DNA of 64,000 nucleotides from Octopus sinensis (Eukaryota), in contig NC_043001.1 in the NCBI RefSeq assembly GCF_006345805.1, positions 132,432,001 to 132,496,000 on the forward strand, given 5' to 3'. The translations under genes and the position numbers were made by a program. The notes under the pieces were generated by a model that worked only from the letters and a program-made list of their open reading frames with translations, made no database searches and had not been told where the DNA came from. Position 1 is the first letter of the stretch, and the number at the start of each line of letters is the position of its first letter. Below, piece by piece: positions 26,066 to 39,607 of this stretch.

Positions 26066-26555
26066 CAACAACAATAATAATAATAATAGTAATAATAATG
26101 ATAACTTCAAATTTTGGCAAAAGGCCAACAATTTACGGGGAGGGGATAAGTTAATTACATTGAACCCAGTATTCAACAGATATTTATTTTATTAACCCCA
26201 AAACGATGAATGGCAACATTGGCCTTGGCAGAATTTGAACTCAAAACGTAAGGGTGGACAAGATGCCACTAAGCATTTTGCCCAGTGCACTAACGACATC
26301 TGCCAGCTTGCCACCTTAATAATAATAGTAATAATCATTTCTACTAAAGGAACAAGGCCTGAAATTTGAGGGAGGGGACTAGTTGATTACATCGACCCCA
26401 GTCTTTCACTGGTACTTAATTTATTGACCCCAAAAGGATGAAAGACAAAGTTGACCTTGGCAAAATTTGATCTCAGAACATAAAGATGGACAAAATACTG
26501 CTAAGTATTTTGCCAACTTGTCACATTTATAATAATAATAATGATAATAATAATG

Positions 26556-26595
<40 letters not shown>

Positions 26596-26640
26596 TGATG
26601 ATGATGATGATGATGATAATAATAAAAATAATAATAATAA
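25755..26640. repeat. (AAT)/(ACT)/(GAT) arrays with two minus-strand B' SINEs
   Basis: Arrays at about 25755-25830, 25955-26104 and 26529-26640; B' copies at about 26105-26320 and 26340-26525. Confidence 0.85.
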
Positions 26641-26641
26641 T

Positions 26642-27180
26642 AAAGCTATGCCAACACTATGGACTATCAACAGAAAACAGATTGTATAGGCACACTCCAG
26701 AAAAGGTCACAGAAAATGAGAAAACAACCATACTCTGGGATATGCCAAAACACACAGATAGAGAAATCAAGGCTAATAAGCTGGATATAGTCGTCAGAGG
26801 TCACCAGGAAAAAAGATGCTTTCTAATTGATGTATCAATACCAACAGATGACAATGTTTCTCTAAAAGAAATAGAGAAACTTTCAAAATACAAAAATTTG
26901 GAAATAGGGGTAACTTGAATATGGAGCATAAAAACAAGAACTTATCCTATTATAGTAGGGATATGATGAAAACATTGAGAGAAATGCATAACAAAAACTT
27001 CAGGATTTACAAGTATATAGAGCATACAGAAAATAGTACTACTAGGTACTGTACACATCCTACGTAAAAAACTTTCAATACAGAGAAAATAAGAGCTTAA
27101 CAACAAACCACAGTACATACCCAAAGCACACAGAGCTATGTTCAGTAGTGCAGTGAAAGCACATGATAAAAATAAGACTA

Positions 27181-27184
<4 letters not shown>
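26642..27184 (+). mobile_element. R4/Dong-clade LINE 3' fragment (older copy)
   Basis: KLCQHYG..ILWDMP..KANKLDIVV..CFLIDVSIP..KYKNLEI = restriction-like endonuclease region; 3' UTR ends ACTACTGAATAAT; TAA arrays on both sides. Confidence 0.9.
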
Positions 27185-27250
<66 letters not shown>

Positions 27251-28359
27251 TACTGGAAAACTACTATAAAATAACCACCATAGGACTGCAAAAATATCTA
27301 CTTCAGAAGGAAGGAAAACTGATCCAGATAGCGGCAAAACACGAGCAAAACAAAAAACTGTTCTCAGTATTTAAGGAAGCTGACAAATACAAACAAGAAA
27401 TCATACCACCTAATAAACATGAAGAAGAAGAAGAAGATGAAGAAACAACAAAAGCTATAAAACAAATGAAATCCAAACTAAAAATAGAACAGCAACGAAC
27501 CATGATAAAACGATGGCAAGAAAAGCCCCTTCATGGTAAATACTGGACTAAACTAAACGCAAAAGAAATAGACAAAGAAAAATCCCAGCAATGGTTGAGA
27601 AGCTCAGGACTCAAAGCAGAAACAGAGGAATTTTTAATTGCAGCACAAGACCAAAGCCTCCCCACCAGAAATTACCAAAAACATGTAATGAAAAGAAAGA
27701 ATATGTGGAGATGGACAAGAAACAATAAATCATATTATCTCTAGCTGCCCAGTCCTGGCTAAGAAGGAATATATTCACAGACATGACAGAGTTGGAACCT
27801 ACATACATTGGAAGCTATGCCAACATTATGGAATAACAACAGAAAAAGATGGTATAGGCACACACCAGAAAAGGTCACAGAAAACGAGAAAGCAACCATA
27901 CTCTGGGATATGCCGATACACACAGATAGAGAAATTAAGGCCAACAGACCAGATAGTTGTCAGAGATCATGAAGAAAAAAAATGCTTTCTAATTGATGTA
28001 TCAATACCAGCTGATGACAACGTGTCTCTAAAAGAAATGGAGAAACTCTCAAAATACAAAGACCTGGAAATAGAGGTAACTAGAATGTGGAATCTGAAAA
28101 CAGAAACAATTCCTATCATAGTAGGTGCATTAGGCATGATAAAAAAATATTCAGACAAATACATAACAAAAACACCAGGACTTACAAACACATATAACAT
28201 ACAGAAAATTGCACTACTAGGCACTGCACACATCCTACGCAGAACATTTTCCATACAATAACCATCAGAGCATCACAACAAATCACAGCACATACCCAAG
28301 GCACACAGAGCTGCGCTCGGTAGTGAAGTGAAAGCACGCTATAAAAATAAAACTACTGA
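27251..28359 (+). mobile_element. R4/Dong-clade LINE, 5'-truncated (young subfamily)
   Basis: KRWQEKPLHGKY..WLRSSGLKAETE..LIAAQDQSLPTRNY, zinc-knuckle region, RPDIVV..FLIDVSIP..KYKDLEIE..WNLKTETIPIIVGALG (PD-(D/E)xK RLE). A ~19-bp deletion relative to 56663-57414 removes the first knuckle Cys. Confidence 0.93.
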
Positions 28360-28403
28360 ATAATAATAATAATAATAATAATTATAATAATAATAATAAT
28401 AAC

Positions 28404-28444
<41 letters not shown>

Positions 28445-28469
28445 CAATAATAATGATAACAATAATAAC

Positions 28470-28645
28470 ACATAAAAGCACCCACTACACTCTCGGAGTG
28501 GTTGGCGTTAGGAAGGGCATCCAGCTGTAAAAACTCTGCCAGATCAAGATTGAAGCCTGGTGCAGCCATCTGGTTTTCCAGCCCTTAGTCATTCGTCCAA
28601 CCCATGTTAGCATGGAAAGCGGACGTTAAATGATGATGATGATGA
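28470..28645 (+). mobile_element. Short RTE-tailed retroelement, family E
   Basis: GGTTGGCGTTAGGAAGGGCATCCAGCTGT...CCAACCCATGTTAGCATGGAAAGCGGACGTTAAATGATGATG. Confidence 0.8.
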
Positions 28646-28649
28646 ATCC

Positions 28650-29150
28650 TTTTTAATATTGGGTACAAGGCCAGTAATTTTGATGAGAAGGATAGTCAAT
28701 AACATCAATCCCAGAACTTGACTTGCCCTGAATAGCAAAATTAACTTTAGCAGAACTTCAACTCAGAATGTAAAGAGTCAAAACAAATAGATGTTCTAGT
28801 GATTCTGCCAATTCATCACTCTAATAATAACGGTTTAGTATTTTGACACAAGGCCAGCAATTTCGGGGGAGGGTGTGAGTTGATTACATCAGCCCCAGTA
28901 CTTAACTGGTACTTATTTTATCAACCCCAAAAGGATAAAAGGCAAAGGTGACTTCAGCAGGATTTGAACTCAGAATGCAAAAATATGAGATGCTGTTAAG
29001 TGCTTTTCTCATCATGCTGAAATTTCTACCATCTTGCCACCTTAACAACTCTAATAATAATCATTTCAAATATTAGCACAAGGTGAGCAATTTTAGGGAA
29101 GTGATAAGTCAATTATATCGACTCCAGTGTTCAATTGATACTTATTTTAT
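28650..29150 (-). mobile_element. Three degenerate B' SINEs
   Basis: Repeated CAAGGCCAG..AATTT / GAACTCAGAATG motifs. Confidence 0.65.
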
Positions 29151-29249
29151 TGACCCCACCCCATGAGCACAAGGAGAGAAATTTTGGTGAGAGTTTATTC
29201 AGTTAAATTATTCCCAATACCTGACTAAAAGAAAACATTTCTTCTTTAA

Positions 29250-29560
29250 AACCAACAAAGTGCTGCAAAATTATGTCCATAACCTGTTCACCAACAATAT
29301 ATGACAGTCGCACTTCCTGTTGACAACTATGTCAAGCAGGCATTTATATCAGTACTTTGGTGTGATAAAATAAATTATAAGAGATGGATTAACTAAACCT
29401 GAGAATATTAAATTAGGACCAGAACAACCCATATAAATATTTAGGAGTCAATGAATTTTATCAGATACAGCATAAATATAAAGGAGGAAATTAATAAAGA
29501 GAAGCAACATAATTTTAAACTTTTAACTCAATGCTAGAAATAAGATAATAATTATAAATA
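29250..29560 (+). pseudogene. Degenerate R4-type reverse transcriptase relic
   Basis: Reads NNPYKYLGVNEF..IQHK and, after a frameshift, NARNKIIIINT: the YKYLG RT motif and the segment that follows it. Confidence 0.55.
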
Positions 29561-30800
29561 CAGTAACAAACGCTGTTGTAAACCATATCTTCAATAAAGT
29601 AAATTGGCAGTTAAGTAAATGAAAGAGCTTAAGCACACACGAAACACACACAAAAAGTATTAATTAAGGCTTCTTAATTTCCTTCTAACTTTTTATATTG
29701 AACCTTTCTTGTGTGTTTTCTTTTAATGGTTTATGAATGTTTATGTTTTAAATGTAAGAGATTCAGTCTGAAAAAACAGTTGCTATTATTATTAATTTTC
29801 TTTTTAATTTTAAAAAAGAAAATTAATCAGAAATTGATTAGGGTTGGAAGATTTAAAGCTACAGTACTATTTTTTTGTATATAAATATTTTTCATTTGCA
29901 TTTTCAGTATATAAATGTATTTTGTTTGCATTTCAAAGTATTAGTTGTTTCACTTTCTCAAACTTTAAAATGCTTTTGTTTCAATTTATTAAGGATGAAA
30001 ATGTAATTTACAAATGCAAACAAAATATATTTACACACTTCAAATGCAAACGAAATATATTATTTATATAAAAAAAAAATGTGTTCCAGCTCCAAACCCC
30101 CTAATCATAATCAATTTCTGATTAGAACTTTTTTAATCAATTTTTTTTTAATTAAAAAACTCTTTTGCAGATTCTGAATCTTGATGTTCAAAACAAATAT
30201 CTGAAGACCACTTTAAAAAGCAGCATCATAAAACAGTTAGAGGGTGAATGTTAAAAAAAATCTACATTAAACAAAATATGTGTCTTACTAAAAGTTTTTC
30301 TAAAGCAACCACTGCAAAGCTGATACAGATAGAATTTGCCTGCCCCTTGCACAGGGGAGACAGGGCTTGATACAATTAGAGAACTACTGTAAAATAACAA
30401 CAGTGGAATAGAAAAATATTAAGGAAAAGGAAATTAATTAGTGTAATAAAGAAATATGCCAAAGTAAAGAAATTCTCTCACTCTCTCTCTTTCTCCCCCC
30501 TCTCTCTAACTTTACTAATATAAATGATAAACAAAAGAAAAAATAGTAAAACTTAAAAATCAAAACAACATAATCCAAAAAATATACTAAAGGAAAAATA
30601 TAGAAAACTTCCTCTAAATCCTTGGCTAATATTTCATATGACTGTAAATTATATTATCAGCAAAATTAAACAATTGGTACGTTATTTCCAAATGCCCAGC
30701 CCTTACTAAATCTGAGTATAGTTATGGATTTGAGTCAGCAGCTGTATCCATGGGACAATACTATGCTGATACTAGGATGTGAAAATAGATAAAATATACC

Positions 30801-31034
30801 TATTTCTTTACTACCCACAAGGGGCTAAACAGAGGGGACAAACAAGGACAGACAAAGGTATTAAGTCGATTACATCGACCCCAGTGCATAACTGGTACAT
30901 AATTTATCGACCCCGAAAGGATGAAAAGCAAAGTCGACCTCGGTGGAATTTGAACTCAGAAAGTAACAGCAGACGAAATACCGCTAAGCATTTCGCCCGG
31001 CGTGCTAATGATTCTGCCAGCTCGCCGCTGGGAT
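30801..31034 (-). mobile_element. SINE B, full length
   Basis: 16-bp TSD ATAGATAAAATATACC at 30785-30800 and 31035-31050. Confidence 0.92.
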
Positions 31035-31109
31035 ATAGATAAAATATACCAAATTAGAATACATTGCAATGACTAGGTCACAATTAACTGGAAGGAGCTG
31101 AGCCACAGT

Positions 31110-31300
31110 AAAAAGAAAATCAAAGCAGACTGTTCAGATATGATTCTCAAGGAATGGAATGAACTGTGGTCTGGAAGGAAATGGAGAATCTGTGAAGGTA
31201 CAAGGATCTTGAAAGTGAAATAAGCTGAATGTGGAGCATAAAAGTAAAAACAGTATGAATCATCACTGGAACTCTAGATATGATGGAAACATGCAGGAAT
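31110..31300 (+). pseudogene. Degenerate R4-type RLE relic
   Basis: Reads RYKDLESEIS*MWSIKVKTV*IITGTLDMM, matching KYKDLEIEVTRMWNLKTETIPIIVGALGMI of the young copy. Confidence 0.6.
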
Positions 31301-31685
31301 AAAAATTTTCACAACTCTATACATGCCCATCCCCCACAAAAAAAAAGCCTTGCTAGACACAGCTGACAACCTCCACAAGTCACTTTCAGTTAAACAATAG
31401 ACTCTTTCTGTCTTTCTTTATTTCTCTCTCTCTCTCTCTCTTTCTCTTTCTCTTTACACAACACAAACCCTATTCAATTAGCATCCCAAAAAGTTACACA
31501 ACACATACCTTATTTAACCACCACCCAACAAAATAATCCTTTTTATTATAGGCACAAGACTTCAAATTTCGAAGGAGGGAGTTAGTCGATTACATCCACT
31601 TCAATGTTCAAATGGTACTTATTTTATTGACCCCAAAAACATGAAAGGCAGAGAAGAAATAAAAAATAAAATAATAATGATAAGG

Positions 31686-31780
<95 letters not shown>

Positions 31781-31784
31781 TTAA

Positions 31785-31840
<56 letters not shown>

Positions 31841-31850
31841 TAATAATAAT

Positions 31851-32405
31851 TGCCCTGATGCAGTACCAGGCAATGGCTCTCATGGCTTCTGATCTTAACT
31901 GATTGGAAGTGTTATCATGTACATTGTTTTGTCTTGGTATAAAACATGGGCTACAGCAAATATTCTGCTCAATACCACAGATTTGCTTGTCAGTTGTTTG
32001 ACCTTAACCAGTTGAGCATGTCCCTTAGTGGCTGACGATATGTGCATCTCTGATCACGAGCAGAAGTAGTGGGGGAGCATCATAGCCATGTGTTGAGAGG
32101 GATTCTTTGGGGTTTGAATAATTCACCTCTGGAAACATGGGTGGTTCTTTCAACATCCTCAAACAACCCTTATTCAGGGACCTTTTGAGCGGGATGGGCT
32201 ACTCAATCTGAAGAAAATTCTAACTGGGCCCCACCTGCAAGGTCATGTGCTGTTTATCTTGATATGAGATTACCATGTCGCGCACATATGGTTGTGATGC
32301 ATGTGCCTAGTGTACCCTTATCAGATGGGTAGTCACGATGGGTATGCTGGGCTTCGCATATTTTACCCCAGTGTCACTTTGATGGCATGCACTGCTCTCT
32401 CACTC
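31851..32405 (+). mobile_element. Family F, full length
   Basis: Between (AAT)n at about 31686-31850 and (AAT)n at 32406-32460. Confidence 0.9.
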
Positions 32406-32420
32406 AATAATAATAATAAT

Positions 32421-32460
<40 letters not shown>

Positions 32461-32462
<2 letters not shown>

Positions 32463-32956
32463 TGTTGTGAAAGACAAAAACAATATTGTTGTGAAAGACA
32501 AAAACAATAAAGTGTGCTTATTGATCGACATGAGCATCCCCTGTGATCATAATATCTCGGCGAAAGAGTTTGACAAGCTTAGAAAATATAAAGACCTGCT
32601 CATTGAAATTGAGAAAATGTGGCATCTCAAGGCGGTTACAATACCAGTGATCGTAGGAGCACTAGGAATGATCAAGAAGGGAACCGAAAATTATATGAGA
32701 ATGATCCCTGGCTTACCATCCCTGCAAGAAGTGCAAAAGATTGTCTTAACTGGTACATCACACGTATTGAGAAGAGCATTGTCGCTGTGAGAGCTGTTAC
32801 TGCCTATGTATTTTAATGTAACCTTAAAAAAAACAATGAACGAACTATTGAGTTTGGTTTAATGGCCTACCAATGTATACTATGAGTTTCTTTGCCCTAG
32901 GAGTCGGGAAGACGCTCGGCAAGAAATGGAAGCAAATTTGAAAGAAGAAGAAAAAA
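32461..32956 (+). mobile_element. R4/Dong-clade LINE 3' fragment, second subfamily
   Basis: IVVKDKNNKVCLLIDMSIPCDHNISAKEFDKLRKYKDLLIEIEKMWHLKAVTIPVIVGALG; different 3' UTR; TAA arrays on both sides. Confidence 0.9.
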
Positions 32957-33006
32957 AAATAATAATAATAAAATAATAATAATGATAATAATAATAATAA
33001 TAATAA

Positions 33007-33037
<31 letters not shown>

Positions 33038-33545
33038 CTATCTACTACAAGCACAAGGGGCCTAAAATTTGGGAGAGGGGGCTACTCGACTACGTTGACC
33101 CCAGTGTTTCAATGGTACTTAATTTATCGACTCTGAAAGGATGAAAGGCAAAGTCAACCTTGGCTGAATTTGAACTTAGAACACAAAGACAGATGAAATG
33201 CCACTAAAAATTTTGCCCAGGGTGCCAACGAGCCAGGCCAGCTGGCCACCTTAATAATAATAGTAATAATGGTAATAATAATAATGGTTTCTAATTTAGG
33301 CACAAGGCCATTAATTTTGAGGGAAGATAGGTTAGTCGACATTACCAACCCTAAAACTTGACTGGTACTTTATTGATCTTGGAAAGACAAATGAGAAACT
33401 GAACTTTGGCAGGATTTGAACTCAGAAGATGAAACGCTGGAACAAGTACTGCAGATCTTAATTGCTCTAATGATATTATTAATTTACAACTAAACTAAAC
33501 TTCACAATAACAACAAAAAAAAATGACATGCTTCATACCAAATTC

Positions 33546-33740
33546 AACCCTTTAGCATTAAGATTATTCCGTCAAACGTAATGCTTCATTATTCACATTG
33601 TTTTGAATTGATCATGCATTATCTCATAGCTTCAAGATTTCAATGATGTGGTTGTTTATTTCTAGATTGACATTGTAAGGGAGGTGCAAGAGGCTGAATC
33701 TGGTAAGTTTGAACCTAAAACATATAGAGTATCTGGGCCT
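33546..33740. mobile_element. MITE G, truncated by SINE B
   Basis: AACCCTTTAGCATT start and G body; right end replaced by a SINE. Confidence 0.65.
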
Positions 33741-33745
33741 TATAT

Positions 33746-33968
33746 GGCGGTGAGCTGGCAGACACGTTAGCGCACCGGTCGAAATGCTTAGCGGTATTTC
33801 ATCTGTCATTATGTTCTGAGTTCAAATTCCACCGAGGTCAACTTTGCCTTTCATCCTTTCGGGGTCGATAAATAAAGTACCGGTTTCGCACTGGGGGCGA
33901 TATAATCGACTCAATCCCTTCGTCTGTCCTTATTTGTCCCCTCTATGTTTAGCCCCTTCTGGGCAGTA
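33746..33968 (+). mobile_element. SINE B
   Basis: GGCGGTGAGCTGGCAG head to tail ending in an A run; no TSD found. Confidence 0.88.
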
Positions 33969-35213
33969 AAAAAAAAAAAAATATATATATATATATATAA
34001 ATGTTAAATGGTTCACATTGACTTCTGCTACATATCATATTGCAGAGACCAGACACTAAACACAATATCACATTCAGCACCTGTTTATGTCAAAGCTACT
34101 AAGATAATAGAAACGATGTGTAAAATGAGATTTGAATGACTGAATCCAACAATCCCATAACCAATATGTTCTCTGACAAGTAATTCAAAGAACATCCATG
34201 ATAAAAGTCTTCATATTGAATATAAAACACTTAAAATATATTGCCTCAAGTAAAATTGGATACCCTCTTCAAAGTAAATAGGGAAAAAAATCAGCAAGGT
34301 ATTTCTGCTCAGAAAAGAGAGACTGCTGATAGCTAAAACCTAATTATAAGTAACTCCCTTTTTTTATTTATTTTTTTTTTTGTTACTCTAGAGTAGAAAT
34401 TGTTCCCTGCCATATTCACAGTTAATTGGAAATAGGAAGCAGCAATTAGTGGGAGTGGAAAGGTCAAATCTGTTAGCTAGTACAGCTATCTGCCTCAAGC
34501 TGATTAGTTGATTTCTCTCTGAGTCAGTTGAAAAGTCTGCAGATTAATACAACAATAATTTTTTAAAGAGTATTTAGGTTCCCCACCACTTTCAAAAGTT
34601 GAAAAAAAAAACACAAAACAAGGAAATTACTCTATTGCCTATTTTAGCACAAGCAAAAGATTTCTGAAATTTAAATTTGTATTTAAAATGCCTAGAGCAA
34701 GAACTTAACAGTAGTTTTCATTCTGTCTAACAATTGCTAAATATACTCTGAAGATATGAACCAGCCATGCACTCACTGTAAGAATAGTTATGTGTGAATT
34801 AAAACAAAAGGATAAAAAAACAGGAAAGGAAGAAATAATATATTAAGTAAAGTAAAGTAAATTTTTTTTAAATATTAAAAAGAAATTAAGCCAAGCATTG
34901 AAAATACAAAGAAATTTTAGGCTATTTTTTATTCCTTTAAATGAGAATATTTTGAAATGCTAATACAGCCAAAGATGTGTATAAACATCCTTTAGAGAAA
35001 AAAACAAAATTTGAAATAATTGCCTTTTCATTCTACCTCTTAAAGTAGCCACAACTAACTTGCATTTTGTTATGCCACACTGGAAATCTCTGTTCCACTT
35101 AATCTTTGGTAGGTTTTCAATTTAATATTGTGTGTCTGTGAAAATCATCAATATAACTGTGTGCTCCTTCTCCTCCATTAGGATGGGTAAACCTTCAAGG
35201 TATATCTGATATA

Positions 35214-35441
35214 TATTTCTTTACTACCCATGAGGGGCTAAACACAGAGGAGACAAACAAGGACAGACAAATGGATTAAGTCGATTACATCGACCCTAGT
35301 GCGTAACTGGTACTTAATTTATCGACCCCGGAAGGATGAAAGGCAAAGTCGACCTCGGTGGAATTTGAACTCGGAACGTAACGGCAGATGAAATACAGCA
35401 ACGCATTTCGCCCGGTGCGCTAACCAGCTCGCCGCCTTCAA
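35214..35441 (-). mobile_element. SINE B
   Basis: 20-bp TSD TTCAAGGTATATCTGATATA at 35194-35213 and 35442-35461. Confidence 0.92.
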
Positions 35442-35479
35442 TTCAAGGTATATCTGATATAGCCTGGTGTTCAGCACTG

Positions 35480-36260
35480 TAACAGAAACCTCCAGTCCCT
35501 CTTTTGAAGCCATACACTTTATCCAGCATTGTTTCCATTGATGGAAACATTCCTAGAACCCCTTTTTGGGGATAGCAAGCAGCTGCCTCTCTGCAATCTC
35601 TTGGATATGCTCAACATCTTGAATCTTTTTACTTTTCAAGCGGGGGGATGACTTTTGGAAAAAGGACAAAGTTGAAAGGGACAAGATCTGGGGAATATGA
35701 TGGTTGCCAGACCTGGAAAATGTTGTGCTTGGCCAGAAACTGCTGCACAAGCTGTGCTGAATGGGCAGGTGTGTTGTCATGGTGAAGTGGCCACTCACTA
35801 GACACATACTATTCTGTCCTTTTTTGAGGAACAGCATCCTGCAAATGCTGCAAGACAGCATTGCTGTACTCCTTGTTTACTGTCTGACCAGGCAGAGCAT
35901 ACTCATGGTGAACAATGCCCTTGTAACTGTAGATAACTGTCATTCATGTTTTCTTTGGTCTCAGAGAGGTTGGAGTCTTCCACTGTGAAGACTGGGCTTT
36001 AGTTTCAGTATCATAGCCGAAGACCCATGATTCAGTACTTGTTATGACAGTTTTCAAAAAACTTTTAATTTCTTCAACACAACAAAAGAGATCCTGAGCT
36101 TCCTTTTGGCCAACTGAAAGCAGTTTTGCCAAAGACTTGGCAAACACATGTCTCATACCCAAATCTGCAGTGAGAATAGACTGAACTGAACCCTAAGTAA
36201 AGTCCACTTCTTCCAACAACTCATGCATGATGATTCAAAAGTCTTTCCAAACAGCTGCAA
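35480..36260 (-). pseudogene. mariner transposase relic
   Basis: DLGMRHVFAK, VITSTESWVFGYDTETKAQSSQWK, HHDNTPAH, PSYSPDLVP, ECFHQWKQCWIKC: mariner DDD motifs, with frameshifts. Confidence 0.88.
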
Positions 36261-36325
36261 TGTTTTCATGACTTCTCTGGTAGGTAGGTTCTAAAGTCAC
36301 AACTCTGGCATTAAAATTGTATTTA

Positions 36326-36506
36326 TAGGTGCAGGCATGGCTTTATGGTAAGAAGTTTGCTTCCCAACAACATGGTTCTGGGTTCAGTTCTACTGTGTGG
36401 CCTCTTTGGCAAGTGCCTCAGGTCAACTAAAGCATTGTGAATGGATTTCAAAGATGAAAACTGAAAGAAGCTCGTCGTTTTATGTGTGTGTGTGTGTGTG
36501 TGTGTA

Positions 36507-36552
<46 letters not shown>
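36326..36552 (+). mobile_element. SINE A, 5' half
   Basis: Diverged head through the (GT)n tract. Confidence 0.75.
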
Positions 36553-36554
<2 letters not shown>

Positions 36555-36666
36555 CACAGCGGTTGGACAAAATTAATGGAAACACAAATTGTTAGAAAGG
36601 ATCACACAAGTACAGCTCCCAAAATTACGCCACCCCACTGGCTAAGTGAGCAAGCCAACAGTAGAA

Positions 36667-36831
36667 AGAGTGAGAAAAAAAGTTGTGGTGAAAGAGTACA
36701 GCAGGGATCACCACCATCCCCTGCCGGAGCCTCGTGAGCTTAAACACTCACAACGCCCGGTCTGGGAATCAAAACCACGATCCTACGACTGCAAGTCTAC
36801 TGCCCTAACCACTGGGCCATTGCACCTCCAC
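36667..36831 (-). mobile_element. SINE C, 5' half
   Basis: Matches the head region of 18488-18875 on the minus strand. Confidence 0.85.
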
Positions 36832-36836
36832 ACACA

Positions 36837-36877
<41 letters not shown>

Positions 36878-37561
36878 TATATTTAGAGAATGAGAAAGAG
36901 AGAGAATTCAATGAGAGAAAGAGAGAGAGTGGAAGAGAGAAAGTGAGACAGCATGGGGGGGAAGTGTGTTTCATGTGATTATAGAAAATGAAACAGTTTT
37001 TCCTAATTCAAATTTACTTTTGCCCCTACCAGTATATGATGTTTAATTAACTAAGTACAAATTAAGACTAGGCAAAATAAAAATCTTAAATATTCCCAAA
37101 TCCCTACAAAAGACCCAAAAATGCATTTTAAAAAGTATAGAATTGCTTAAAGAGAAGAATTGTCAACCCCTTAGTAATAATGGAAAAGTCATTAAATTCT
37201 AATGTGAACTAAATATGTTTAGTCTGTCAACTAAATCTTCGTTTTTCCAAAACTGCCCACATGGATTAGAAGGTGAGTCTTATTCAAAACTTTGTCTTAG
37301 TGGATAATCTTAAAGCCTTTGCATTTCTTTTTTTTCTTTTTCTTTTTTTTTTCTTTTTTTGTCTAGTACCAGTGCATTATAATCATGTCTAGCCTAATAA
37401 ATTAAATTTATACGAAAATTTTTATTTGATCTCCCATTGATATCATTATTTTCTTTTTATGCTAATACAACAAAACAACATCACATGATATTCATGATAT
37501 GATGTAAATTAAATGAAATATATTTTTATTAGAGAAATTTTGTGTATATGTATCACTTTAC

Positions 37562-37573
37562 CTTGTAAATACC
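37562..37573 (-). CDS. Candidate 12-nt micro-exon
   Basis: gcttattttctttttttcttttacatag|GGTATTTACAAG|gtaaag: strong pyrimidine tract, frame-preserving. Confidence 0.4.
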
Positions 37574-38869
37574 CTATGTAAAAGAAAAAAAGAAAATAAG
37601 CTGTTGTTTTTCTCAATTAGCAGAGAAAAGGAGTTGTCTTTGAGTAGAGATTTTCAAAAATATCCAGAAATATTAAGTGATATTTTAAGTGCATATTTGT
37701 ATTGGAAAGGAAATCAGAAATGAAAATCATAACTTTCTATTCTAAATATGCAAAAGAATATCTGATTAAAGTTGACTTTGATGTGTGATATTACAATACA
37801 TATCAAAATAATTTGCCACTATATCCATAATGTCCTCCTTTTTATTTTTTTATTTTTCCACTCCAAGAAGTTTATTGCCACATCTCACAAATGTGTGAAG
37901 TTAGCATTAGGTCACCTACGTTTTTGCTTTAAGAACAGGTAACCGAGGTGCTAACTTAATAGCAGGTGAGCTCATCTCACAAGCTTCTTGGGAGTGCCAA
38001 TTTCACCTCTACTTTTTCAAGTGATAGACTTGATACATTGACTAACGAATCTAATATGCATTTTTTTTTTTCATTGATGCTTAGAATAATAATAACATCA
38101 TGTTTTGACTAGTACTGTGATTTTTCATTTATTTATATATTTTATTTAAGATATAGCACTTTGAAAAGTTAGATATTAGAGAAAGTTAGAATAATAAAGT
38201 AAATAAAGTCACCACCAATACTAAATGAATACAATTAGTGATGATATAATGAAATGAAAGAAAAAAAAAACCTAGATGTTAGGATCATGAACTTTGTCAG
38301 AAATGGGAACTACTGTTTAAAAGGAAAGAAAAGAAGAGAATTTATCCAAGAATATTTCATAGACAAAGACACAATTTGGTAAGCCTCACCCGCATCGTCA
38401 TTACTGGCAACACCACAGCCATACCCAACAATCGTGAATAATTGATCAATTAATTAATCTCACTATTTTGCAGCTTAACTGAACACTTTTGATAATCTCT
38501 GAGGCATTGATTTTAGTACACAAACATTCTAACGAATAATAAACTCACTAAATACTCAAATCTATTTTAGCATCAGAGATTTTTTTCCCTGATAATCGCA
38601 TGCCGATGCTGAAAAAGTAATATAAAACAAATAATAGCATTAGGTAACATTTAATGCTTTTTCCCCAAATAAATATTTTAAACATAAGGCCTTCTTTCAT
38701 TAGCAAGTCAGCAGGGACTTTTGTCCTTTGAAAAGAATCATTAAAATTTACAAAGAACAAAATTATCAACAAAACTTAATAACTGTTATCAAATATTCCA
38801 TATCATATAATTTATAATACATATCAAGTTTTCTAAGTACTCCAGATAAAAGATATTGTGCCTGAAAAT

Positions 38870-39230
<361 letters not shown>

Positions 39231-39526
39231 CTGTTTATAATGATTTTAACCTACCCAGATGACAGTGGCAGGAAAGAGATTGTGTTTCTTTGCATGAATC
39301 ACACTCATTCATATTCATATGTCTCATAAATGGATAGTAAATACACACAAGAGAAAAGGTGAATGTATATTATAGCCTGTCCACATGCATATGTGTATGA
39401 ATATATAAATACCTGGAAGTATTCTAGTTAGTGTGTGGGTTAATAGCATAGTGATACAATGATTTAATTCCACTGTCAAAGTGGTTGTGTGCATATTTGT
39501 TTAAACATTATTCTATATTCTATAAG

Positions 39527-39574
<48 letters not shown>

Positions 39575-39576
39575 CC

Positions 39577-39607
<31 letters not shown>

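Noticed and set aside
24600-28470. CRISPR-like or regularly spaced repeat array
   Set aside because: The alternating units are microsatellites and transposons of unequal length in eukaryotic DNA; there are no fixed repeats with unique spacers and no cas genes.
32030-32075. Hammerhead in family F (CTGACGA) or an HDV-like ribozyme at its 5' end
   Set aside because: Most copies have GAAG rather than GAAA downstream and no stems I/III. For the HDV fold I found a possible P1 (GCCCTGA/TCAGGG) but no P2/P3/L3. A covariance search is still worthwhile.
36553-36590. Orphan Tc1-like TIR (CAGCGGTTGGACAAAATTAATGGAAACAC)
   Set aside because: It resembles Tc1 termini, but no partner TIR or transposase sequence was found nearby.
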